Source of the DNA: a virus
Length of the DNA stretch: 64,000 bases
IMG/VR virus record: IMGVR_UViG_3300023179_000030
Coordinates: 1 to 64,000 of that record
Direction: 5' to 3' (one strand)
Positions 28,164 through 38,700 of the stretch are shown piece after piece (position 1 is the stretch's first letter; each line of letters starts with the position of its first letter). The position numbers and the translations under genes were made by a program. The notes beneath the pieces are model-generated. The model was given only the letters and a program-made list of their open reading frames with translations. It was not told where the DNA came from and made no database searches.

Positions 28164-29092
28164 TATTTTACTTTCTTTTCTATGTCGGATACTATGTTTG
28201 AATAGACATCATTTAGTTCTTTATCACTGAATTTCATCGTAGCTTCATTTAGTCTATTACTTAGCATGGTGTCTAGGCCAGCTATTCTAATAGGGCTATA
28301 TTTTCTCACACCGGGTTTTTCTATGATGTTGAAATAGCCCGGGTACGTGGTATTCACTGGAAATGTCGATCCAATTATAACAGTACCAGGTATATTCAGT
28401 GCTCGCGCCATATGTTGACCCACACTGTCAACACCTATAAAGTAATCAGCTGACGATATAAGTGCTGCCCATTGCCTTAGGTCGCAGGTATAATTGGCTG
28501 CGAATGTATCAGCTTTCATTTGAAATGCTGGTTCACCAAAAAATATCATGTTATATCTCTGTGCCAATCTTTTTACTAGAAATAAGTAGGCATTGGGATC
28601 CAGGCTTCTGGATTCTTCGTCCAGTATCAAATCGCGTTCAATTTTTGCCCCCCGCCCAAATGGCTGTATTACCACTGTTTTATTTCTTTTTTGTATCGCT
28701 TTTAGGTCACTGATCGTGTTTTTTGCCACCAACATTTCTTGTTTATTAAACACCATGATGGGCAAACCTAGGTCACTGTGATCTGTGGTGTTATTAATTT
28801 CTCTATCAAAAGCTTGCGCCAAAGAAATTTCTTGTCTAAAGTAAGCAGGATTCCTATAGGGTTCAGGTGTGACGATTTTGTCGGCCTTTAAACAAACATT
28901 GTCGAAAACACCTTTGGTATCTGTACTGTAAACTCTATCTTGTAATTCAGGTATTCCCCAATATAGATAGTCGAATCCACCAACTACCACTGCCCAATTT
29001 GCAGTGGGGTTTAATTTATTAAACTTCAATAATGCTGGAATAGCAGATAATACTCTACCTGCACCGCCATCTATGTAAAAAACAGTATTCAT
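28163..29092 (-). CDS. GT9-like (heptosyltransferase-type GT-B) glycosyltransferase
   Basis: IDGGAGRV N-terminal motif, VVIQPFG and ADYFIGVDSVGQHMARAL. Confidence 0.72.
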   Translation of the reverse strand: MNTVFYIDGGAGRVLSAIPALLKFNKLNPTANWAVVVGGFDYLYWGIPELQDRVYSTDTKGVFDNVCLKADKIVTPEPYRNPAYFRQEISLAQAFDREINNTTDHSDLGLPIMVFNKQEMLVAKNTISDLKAIQKRNKTVVIQPFGRGAKIERDLILDEESRSLDPNAYLFLVKRLAQRYNMIFFGEPAFQMKADTFAANYTCDLRQWAALISSADYFIGVDSVGQHMARALNIPGTVIIGSTFPVNTTYPGYFNIIEKPGVRKYSPIRIAGLDTMLSNRLNEATMKFSDKELNDVYSNIVSDIEKKVK

Positions 29093-29742
29093 TTATCGAT
29101 TCTTTCAAATAATATATCAGTCTGAAGTAAAGCACCCCGTTGATCGTAGTTCAAGTCAAAAACATCATTGACCTTATAACTATAGTTATGCATGGCGGAC
29201 ACAGTATCATAAAAACTTGGGGCACCCTGATTATATGGCATAATTGAGCATTCCAAAAGTATAAATTTTGGCTTTTTGTAGTTTAAAAATTTCTGTGCAC
29301 CACTGAGAATCAGCAATTCAGAACCCTGGGTGTCTATTTTTACCAATCCCTGTGATGCCCAGTTTCCATAAAAATTATGTGTTTCACTGAGCTTGTCCAA
29401 AGTTGTCATCTCTAAGGGCATGACCACTGTTGTTTCATCGGTATAGTGATTGGTGAGTTCTCGAAATATAGAGCTGCCAGTGGTGATTTTATCCTCACTC
29501 AGAGTATAATAATCTACTCTGGCTCGCTCTTGATCACCCAACAATGCATAAATTGCTGTGGCATTGAGCCAGGGTTTTTGCCTTTGATCCGCCTCAAATT
29601 GCCAAACAATGGCATTGGGCCAGATCGATTTTATTGTTTCTGTAAAATCACCTCTATATGCACCAATATCTAGTACATAATTGATATGCTGCCCACGCGC
29701 TTTTAAGTTGTCAAACCGATGTTTGAAAGGTGTAATAATCAT
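29089..29742 (-). CDS. FkbM-family SAM-dependent O-methyltransferase
   Basis: VLDIGAYRG, FEA, TTLD, KIDTQGSEL.IL.G and QTDILF. Start at 29742 gives an ATGA overlap. Confidence 0.9.
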   Translation of the reverse strand: MIITPFKHRFDNLKARGQHINYVLDIGAYRGDFTETIKSIWPNAIVWQFEADQRQKPWLNATAIYALLGDQERARVDYYTLSEDKITTGSSIFRELTNHYTDETTVVMPLEMTTLDKLSETHNFYGNWASQGLVKIDTQGSELLILSGAQKFLNYKKPKFILLECSIMPYNQGAPSFYDTVSAMHNYSYKVNDVFDLNYDQRGALLQTDILFERIDK

Positions 29743-30533
29743 TGACGCCAAAATTCCAATTTCATTTCTGTATATAATCTAGTTAATTCGTGACCTATTA
29801 TTTGTTCGGGTCCGGGACTTGTTTTTTTCAAACTGGATCTAACATGATGTAGGCCCTGCATTCCACCGTGATAATCGTCATTTTCGTCCATGGGCTGTAG
29901 AGAATCTATGTTTACAGAACAATGGTCCACTCCTATAAAATCACAAATTTTATTCATGGTCTCAGGCCCAGAATTAACTATATCAGTATATTCAAGAAAT
30001 AGCATATCACAATTACCTGCGGTATATCCCATTCGCAAACTGGTATAGGGGTGCATTATATACTTTTCCAATAACACTCGGCAACGGTTTTTATTATTAA
30101 TCGGTAATTTTAAATCTATTAGATCTTGATCAACAAAAGTTATTTTATCACTGTTTTTTTGTATCAACAAAATATAAGAGGATAATATATCTGGTATACT
30201 ACGAACTGTACAAATAATTTTTGGCCTACCGGACAAGACTTTAGACATCAAATCCGCATATCTTGGCCACAATCTGTTTTTGTCCACAACGATTGGCGCC
30301 GATATATGTTTATATGCTCCATCAATTATACCTGCCACTATATTAGTAAATTGTTCAGGTGGCGTGTTCAGCTGACCTTGCGACACAATTTGCCAATTGT
30401 TAGCGAATATCGCTATTAAGTCTGATACAGGGCTTGTTGTAGTGGCGTGAATTTCAGGATGTTGATTTAATAAACTGGCCAAGACCTGAGACCCAGATCT
30501 AGGAATACCCGACAACATTACAAAATGTTTCAT
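29739..30533 (-). CDS. PAPS-dependent sulfotransferase (paralogue of 25547..26428)
   Basis: SGIPRSGSQVL, VDKNRLW, VRSIPDILSS and GLHHVR. Confidence 0.88.
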   Translation of the reverse strand: MKHFVMLSGIPRSGSQVLASLLNQHPEIHATTTSPVSDLIAIFANNWQIVSQGQLNTPPEQFTNIVAGIIDGAYKHISAPIVVDKNRLWPRYADLMSKVLSGRPKIICTVRSIPDILSSYILLIQKNSDKITFVDQDLIDLKLPINNKNRCRVLLEKYIMHPYTSLRMGYTAGNCDMLFLEYTDIVNSGPETMNKICDFIGVDHCSVNIDSLQPMDENDDYHGGMQGLHHVRSSLKKTSPGPEQIIGHELTRLYTEMKLEFWRQ

Positions 30534-31210
30534 AATTGACGTTTAATTAGGTTAGATACACGATTCCAGCGCATAAAATTTTCAGATGTACCCTGAAATT
30601 TATAAGGTCCTATATGATTGCAAATCACTTTGGGATCTAGGTATGCAGGGAATCCGCCAGCACGTAATTTGTTAAATGCATGTATGTCCTCGCTGACTAA
30701 ACTTTGATTTTCAATCACTACATCAAATATCATTCTACGCTCACGCATATCCTTGGGGTCCATATAAACTTTGCTAACATCCCATAAGTGCGTAAATGCT
30801 GCTTTGGACATCTTAACAAAGCCTGTACCTAAACCTTCTACTTCTATTAATCCTGAATGTGGGTCAGGTGGTTTGCGCTCTATTTGTCTAACAACGTATT
30901 CCTCTTTATCGCCTTTTTTACGATATGTACCACCAACCACATCTTCTGGCCGATCCAGTATTTTATAAAACCATTCAGGTTTCCATTCAATATCAGCATC
31001 TATCCAAAATAAATCATCAACTTGAAGGTCCATGGCTATTTGTACGGTGTCATTTCTGGCACGCTGTAACAATGCATCAAAACTAACCCACATTGGGATT
31101 ATCTCTACCCCGTGCTCTGCGCTCATTTTAATAGTATTGCAGAGACTGTTGGTATACCACACGTCCAGTTGACCTGCATATGAGGGAGTTCCAATCAAAA
31201 CTTTTCGCAT
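30530..31210 (-). CDS. GT-A fold (GT2-like) glycosyltransferase
   Basis: Start at 31210 (MRKVLIGTPSY, SD AGGA). Motifs RARN, WIDADI (DxD), GTGF, SED..F and HIG. Confidence 0.8.
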   Translation of the reverse strand: MRKVLIGTPSYAGQLDVWYTNSLCNTIKMSAEHGVEIIPMWVSFDALLQRARNDTVQIAMDLQVDDLFWIDADIEWKPEWFYKILDRPEDVVGGTYRKKGDKEEYVVRQIERKPPDPHSGLIEVEGLGTGFVKMSKAAFTHLWDVSKVYMDPKDMRERRMIFDVVIENQSLVSEDIHAFNKLRAGGFPAYLDPKVICNHIGPYKFQGTSENFMRWNRVSNLIKRQL

Positions 31211-31220
31211 TAGATCGTTC

Positions 31221-31865
31221 CTAACATTTAATATTTTCAATGATTTTTCGATATTCTTCAACTACAGTGGCTGAATCAGGTCCTAGATAATTATTCATAA
31301 AAATGGAATAGGGGATTGAATCACGCCATCTAAAAATGATTTCCTCGGTTGCTGGAATATACTTTACCGCATTCCAAACTAAGGCACCCAACATTTCTAA
31401 TTTGGGAATCACCAACATTTCAGTATCACGCTGGTCGAAAATCCACCTATGATGTATATATCCAATCCAAGTTGCACTTTCTGGTCTACTCAATTCTGCT
31501 CTTATACTGGGCATGGTTATTATTCCAGCTCGAGCTATTTTTGGCAGCATATCCAACACCGTAAAGGGATTGTAAATATCCTCTAACGTATGTGTACAAA
31601 TTGCATAATCATACTGACCTTGACTTTCAGTGAACTTTATTATCTTATCCCAAGATTCTTGCTTGCAAATATCTAATTTCCAGCTAGAATTGGTATCTTT
31701 GGCATTGACGTCCACCACAAGATCCACTACAGGTGCTGTCCAGCCATTTACCGCGCCACCTATGTCAATAACTCTGTACTTGGGGTTTTCAGCACGAATT
31801 GCACGTAGATCTGATAAGATCTGGTGCCTACTGTCAGCTGTTTTACCATAATTTATGGTTAGCAT
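31221..31865 (-). CDS. Class I SAM-dependent methyltransferase-like protein
   Basis: VIDIGG, YDYAICTHTLEDI.NP and G.I..PS. Confidence 0.72.
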   Translation of the reverse strand: MLTINYGKTADSRHQILSDLRAIRAENPKYRVIDIGGAVNGWTAPVVDLVVDVNAKDTNSSWKLDICKQESWDKIIKFTESQGQYDYAICTHTLEDIYNPFTVLDMLPKIARAGIITMPSIRAELSRPESATWIGYIHHRWIFDQRDTEMLVIPKLEMLGALVWNAVKYIPATEEIIFRWRDSIPYSIFMNNYLGPDSATVVEEYRKIIENIKC

Positions 31866-32761
31866 ATTTTATTGAAAAATTCCCGCCATTGAACCGCACG
31901 ATTCACCCAAGAATATCGTTGATTAAACCAAACACTTTGCTCTATTAGATTATACTGGTTTTGTTGACAAAGATCAATAACCGAGTTCAATTTTTTAGCA
32001 TAAGATTCAACCAATTCACGTCTATCAAAGGTAAAAGGAACATAATCTGCATATTCTCCGCAGGTTTCGTGAAGTGCGCCAAGATCTGTAGTGACTATTC
32101 GGCACCCTGCTGCTCCTGCTTCTATAGCTGCTAGGCAACTAGTTTCTTCAAAGGTGCTGGGATATGCCAGTATATGTGAAGATTGTAATGCTGATCTAAT
32201 TGCTCGATTCATTGCATAGCCGCGGTAAATCACACCTGAAGTTCTTCGGCATCGTTCAAATAATGCATCATAGGTTCTCCCCACCGCATCACTGTATCCT
32301 TTTCCGTAGATTATATTCGAAGAATACACGACCAGTTCAATGTCGTCACGATTAAGCAAATCAAAGACGTCCAATAGAACATCTAGCCCCCTAAATGGCA
32401 TAGAGGTATAGATTAGCCTTATCTTTTCCTTGGGTTTGTCTCGTAATTCTATGGGTTCGATGGCGTTGTAAATAACGTGGTTGTTGGATTCCGAAATATC
32501 AAATTGTTGTTTAAATTTGTCTAATTGCCAGTTACTTACATAGACATAGTGATCTATAGATTTGATAAAATCAGGGTCATTTAGACCCTGAACTACCCCT
32601 TGATTGGGCATTACATGTTGCCAAACGACGTTTTTTCGCCCTGTATCAATGATATTTTTATCGCAGCGACTTAGTACAAGATTGACAGTTTGTTGCCAAT
32701 CTTGGCCTAAGTATCGTAACAGATTATTATAGAGTAATTCCGATCCACCTAAGGGATTCAT
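31859..32761 (-). CDS. Glycosyltransferase, GT4-like
   Basis: PLGGSE, YTSMPFRGL and YPSTFEETSCLAAIEAGAAGC. Confidence 0.88.
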   Translation of the reverse strand: MNPLGGSELLYNNLLRYLGQDWQQTVNLVLSRCDKNIIDTGRKNVVWQHVMPNQGVVQGLNDPDFIKSIDHYVYVSNWQLDKFKQQFDISESNNHVIYNAIEPIELRDKPKEKIRLIYTSMPFRGLDVLLDVFDLLNRDDIELVVYSSNIIYGKGYSDAVGRTYDALFERCRRTSGVIYRGYAMNRAIRSALQSSHILAYPSTFEETSCLAAIEAGAAGCRIVTTDLGALHETCGEYADYVPFTFDRRELVESYAKKLNSVIDLCQQNQYNLIEQSVWFNQRYSWVNRAVQWREFFNKIC

Positions 32762-32789
32762 AGTAATTTGCAGTATTGTAGTAATTGAG

Positions 32790-35700
32790 TTAACTGCTAT
32801 TACTTATGCGATACTCCAGTGCAGTTAAGCGTTTTTTCAATGAGTCGTTTTCAGCAGCTAATTCTTGAATTGCTCGGACCATAACTGGTAGCAGCTTTCC
32901 TGGGGTAGCCTCCAATCGTTCTGGATTATCTTCCAGTACCAATGGTAACCAATCTTTGATACCAAAACGCTCTGTTAACTCCAGCAATTCCTGTGCGATA
33001 AATCCTGCTTCTTTAACACCAATTTTAGCACCGTCACGCATAGCCCAAGTAAACTTAACTGGTCTCAGTTCCCTAATAAATTCAAGACCCAGTGGGATTG
33101 TTTCAATTTCCGTCTTATCACGCAAATCAGATAGTGCAGTGATAGTAGTCACTTGGGCCCGTATAGTTGCAATATTAGTATCACCTAAGGTAATAGTATT
33201 AGAACTGGTTGCTGATGCGCCTTGTGCATTACAGCCTATAAAAGTATTATTATTACCAGTAGTATTTCCACTACCGGATGAATAGCCAAAAGCGGAATTA
33301 TTATTTCCGGTGGTGTTATTATATAAAGCACCATAACCTACAGCAACGTTAATACACCCAATCGTATTAGCATACATTGCGGCTGCCCCAATGGCAATAT
33401 TGTGACTTCCGGTGGTGTTTGTATAAAGGGTGCACCCACCAAAAGCAAAATTAAAATTACCAGTAGAATTACCATAAAGAACCCTACACCCCTGAGCAAA
33501 ATTACCAGTACCGTTATTGCTATGCAGTGCTCTATACCCTTGTGCGAAGTTTACACTACCAGTGGAGTTAAAATATAGTGATCTATAACCTTGTGTAAAA
33601 TTATATGATCCCGAAGTATTCGAAGTCAAGTCTCGAAATCCCGCTGCAAAATTATAATTACCAGTAGTATTAGAACAAAGAACTGCTGCCCCATGAGCAA
33701 AATTATAACTACCAGTGGTGTTACTGCATAAAGCACCATACCCGCTGGAAAAATTATAACTACCAGACTGTGTTGTATTACCGGCGCGAGCCAATCCTAT
33801 ATTATTTAAATTATTATCTATATATGCTGCGTTTCCACCTGCAGTTATAACGGCTGTACTAGTCATACCAGCGGTGCCGGCAAAAGAACCAACAATAGTG
33901 TTATTGCAACCAGTGGTTATCGCATTGCCGGCGCCATTGCCTAATCCAACGTTATTAATACCACTAGTACTAGAACACAATGCACAAGAACCAATAGCTA
34001 CATTTTGATTCCCGGTGATGTTTTGAGACAGCGCACCCGCACCTAAACTTGTATTACCATATCCAGTGGTATTTGAGCATAGTGAGTTAGTACCAATTGC
34101 GATATCATTATAACCTGTGGTGTTTTTCGAAAGTGCAGCACACCCTATTGCAGTATTACATCCGCCGGTGGTATTCACCGCTAATGCACAATATCCAACG
34201 GCAAAATTGTTAGTACCAAAAGTGTTTTTACCTAAAACGCAATAACCCACAGCAAAATTATTAGCCCCAGTAGTACTCACGGTCATGACGCAGTACCCTA
34301 CAGCAAAGTTATTAGCCCCCGTAGTATTAGCTGACAATGATTTATATCCTTGGGCAAAATTATTACATCCAAATGTATTTTTACTCAAGGTGCAAAAGCC
34401 GACGGCGAAGTTATTTGTACCTGTTGTTCCTATGGCCAATGAGCAATAACCAACTGCATAATTATTAGCACCAGTGGTATTGGCTGATAGTGATCTATAC
34501 CCTTGAGCAAAATTGTTGCATCCCGACGTATTCAATGCTAGGGCGCAATATCCAACAGCAAGGTTATGGCTACCGGAGACATTTGAAGCCAACGTGCAAT
34601 ATCCTGAAGCAAAATTGTTACAACCGGAATTCAGTGTCAATGAGTAATATCCTTGTGCAAAATTGTGCAGTGACGAGGTCGTAGCACAGCACATGGCTTT
34701 ATATCCCTGAGCAAAATTATTGGAGCCGCCGGCGCCGGCGAATCGACCAATAGCTGTATTATTAGAGCCGATTCCGGATTTCGCTCCACACCCAATTGCT
34801 AGTCCGCTACTACCAGGTGCACAGGCCAGATCTCCCAATGCAATGGATGAAGAAAACGTGGCACATGCAATTGCGCCGGCGCCAATGGCTATTGATCCCG
34901 TTGAGCCCGCATTGGCTGAGGATCCCAGGGCTACTGTTCTATTTCTGACATTCAAATTTTGACTGGAGGTATTGAACCCAATCGCCACGTTATCAATACC
35001 ATAGGTATCTATACCCAAAGCTCGAAATCCGATTGCCGTATTATTACAACCAGTGGAATTGCTCAGCAAAGCACAATAACCAATGGCAATATTATTAGAA
35101 CCGTAAGTTAAACTTGGTAGCGAGCAATTTCCTATTGCCAAATTAACGGACCCAGTAGTATTCACAGCCAAAGAAAACGACCCCATAGAAAAATTATTAG
35201 CACCAGTGGTATTGGCTGATAATGATCTATACCCCTGGGCAAAATTGTTAGATCCTGAAACAGTTAATGCTAGTGCACAATATCCTACAGCAAAGTTATT
35301 GGACCCGGTAATATTTGAATACAAAGCACAATACCCCACAGCAAAGTTATTAACTCCAGTGGCGTTTGAAAATAGAGACTTGTAACCCTGTGCGAAATTA
35401 TTGGACCCCGATGTATTTGATGTTAGTGCCCTGTATCCTTGAGCAAAATTATGGCATCCACCATTATTTTTGTTTAACGAGCATGCTCCAGCAGCAAAAT
35501 TATTATTACCAGAAATTAAAGTCCCCACCCCAACCGTGAAACCAGATCCAGTTCCACCCAGACTAGTATTGGGGGCCGTAAATATAGTAGTGGAATCAAT
35601 ACTTGCCCCTGGAGAGTTAACTGTGACAGTTGATACTGCACCCGCCGCCACAGTAATATTTGCAGTTGGAAACAACAATGGCGCTGGCCCAGACGATAAG

Positions 35701-38700
35701 GTTAAAGTAACATTATTATAAGTGCCATTTTGATATCCAGATCCAGGGACCAATGCACCAAAAGTTCCTAATATTGATTCATTAATAAGGGCATTTTCAC
35801 CCAATGCAATATTATTACTACCGACAATATTTTTATAACCTGCACAATACCCGATGGCGATGTTATTTTTACCCGCACATGAGGCATACATTGCATTACA
35901 TCCTATCGCTGTGTTATTAGTCCCGGTGGCGTTACAGTAGAGCGCTAGATATCCTTGAGCAAAGTTGTTAGAGCCAGTGGTGTTTTTGCTCAGTGCAAAA
36001 GCACCTTGTGCGAAGTTATTTGATCCAGTGGAGTTGCAGCAGAGTGCCCGGCAACCAATAGCAGTATTATTATTACCAGCAGTGTTGCCGTAGATTGCGT
36101 TAAAACCTAGAGCCGCATTATTACTGCCAGCGTTATTGCGTAAGCTGTTGGTGCCTATTGCCAAATTTTGGTTACCTGCTGTACTGTTCTCTAATGCACT
36201 TTGGCCAATAGCTATATTATAGCAAGAGACTGTACTTAGTTTCAGCGCGCAACCACCAATAGCGATATTATACAGACCGGTAGTGTTAGCGTACAACGCG
36301 CACGTACCTAGAGCGATGCCCAGGCCGCCGGTGTTGCTATACATAGCATTATGACCCACAGCCAAATTATAGCTGCCTGTGGTATTGTTTCTTAATGCAC
36401 AAAATCCTGTGGCTATATTTCCCACTCCTGAGGTATTAGATATTAATGTACCAGCGCCAACAGCAGTATTATTATAACCATAGATGTTACTGCATAATGC
36501 CAAGTTTCCTATAGCAGTATTTCCATAACCGGTGGTATTCTTAGCCAATGCACAATAACCAATAGCAGTGTTGCATACACCGGTCGTGGTCATTGATAGT
36601 GCTTCGCGACCAATAGCTATATTATTACCTGCGGCATTGCTGTTGTATAATGCACAAAGCCCAATTGCTATGCTGTCTGATCCAGTTGTATTTGAATACA
36701 GTGACTGAGCCCCAAATGCAATATTATTGCAACCCGAGGTATTTTGGCGTAATCCGTAAAATCCCAGAGTAGCATTACACCTACCCGAAGTGTTATTAAC
36801 TGCCGCCCCATATCCCACAACAGCATTACCGGAACCAGTTGTATTGCCGTATAACGCTACATTACCTATAGCTATATTATTACATCCAGTGGTATTTTTG
36901 GGTAATGCCCCGTAACCTATAGCCGTATTACCATTACCAATAGTGTTTAGCCTTAATGCACATGTCCCAAAAGCAGTATTAGCATTACCCGTAGTATTAC
37001 TAGCTAATGCACATAAACCAATAGCAGTGTTGCATAAACCGGTCGTGGTCTTTGACAGTGCTTCGCGACCAATAGCTATATTATTACCTGCGGCATTGCT
37101 GAAGAATAATGCACAAAGCCCAATTGCTATGCTGTCTGATCCAGTGGTGTTGCATCTGAGTGCATATAATCCAATAGCAAAATTATTATTACCAGTGGTG
37201 TTGTTGAAGAGTGCCTGATTTCCAATACCTAAGTTATTACATCCAGTAGTATTGCCGTAGAGTGAGTTATATCCTTGAGCAAAATTATGACAACCAGTGG
37301 TGTTTTTGTTCAGTGCAAAACACCCAATAGCAGTATTATTATTACCAATAGTGTTGCATCTGAGTGCACTAAAACCCTGAGCAAAGTTATTCGAACCAGT
37401 AGTATTGCCGTAGAGTGCAGCTTCTCCAATAGCTATGTTATTACGACCAGTAGTGTTGCATTTGAGGGTTACAATGCCTTGAGCAAAATTAGACGAACCA
37501 GTTGTATTGCAGTAGAGTGCTTTACAACCCTGAGCAAAGTTATTCGAACCAGTAGTGTTGCCGTAGAGCGCCCGATATCCTTGAGCAAAGTTATCATTGC
37601 CAGTAGTGTTGCTGTAGAGCGCCCGATATCCTTGAGCAAAGTTATCTCTGCCAGTGGTGTTGCCGTAGAGTGCTAGGCATCCAACTGCAAAATTATTAGA
37701 ACCAGTCTGTGTGGTATTACCTGCACAGCAACCTATACTAGTATTGCCCAACCCAGTTGTATATCCAAAAACGCCACCTAAAGTAGTTGGGGTAGCCGTC
37801 GACGTTAGCCCAGTTGGACCTTGTGGCCCCTGTGGGCCAGTATTACCTATTGGACCAATTGGACCAGTTGGACCTTGTGGCCCCTGTGCACCAGTATTAC
37901 CTATTGGGCCTTGAGGACCCTGAGGACCAGTTGGACCTTGTGGCCCCTGTGCACCAGTATTACCTATTGGACCAATTGGACCAGTTGGACCTTGTGGCCC
38001 TTGTGGGCCAGTATTACCTATTGGACCAGTTGGACCCTGAGGGCCTTGTGGGCCAGTATTACCTATTGGACCAGTTGGACCTTGTGGCCCCTGTGGGCCA
38101 GTATTACCTATTGGACCAATTGGACCAGTTGGACCTTGTGGCCCCTGTGGGCCTTGTGGTCCACGTACCCCAACATCCACAATGGTCCAAGAACTGGCTA
38201 GTGTTGTACCTATATTATAGTCTGCACTTATTGCAAAAGAAGTACCACCTGTAATTGTAACTGTTCCTTCAAAAAAGTTTGAAGTTGTATTGACAGCACG
38301 TACTCTTGAACCAGACGCAAATGCTCCTTGTTTATTGGTGGTTAATGTTATGGTACCAGTTGATGCCGGTGTAGCTGTTGTAGTGGATGTTACACCATCA
38401 TATCCTAATCCTGTGGGGCCCTGTGGGCCTTGTGGACCAGTATTACCTATTGGACCCTGAGGGCCCTGAGGGCCAGTTGGTCCTTGTGGTCCTTGTACGC
38501 CAGTATTACCTATTGGACCAGTTGGACCTTGTGGTCCTTGTGGTCCTTGTGCACCTGTTCCCCCACCTGACCCCGAAGGGCCTTGTGGTCCTTGTGGACC
38601 TGTTGGACCTTGTGGCCCCTGTGCACCAGTATTACCTATTGGACCAGTTGGACCTTGTGGCCCTTGTGCGCCAGTATTACCTATTGGGCCTTGAGGACCC

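Noticed and set aside
18108-32761. A host O-antigen/capsule locus joined by chimeric assembly or at a prophage boundary
   Set aside because: No wzx/wzy/wzm/wzt or initiating transferase. Composition, tight gene packing and late-type boxes match the phage genes, and structural genes lie on both sides. Action on host LPS is still possible.
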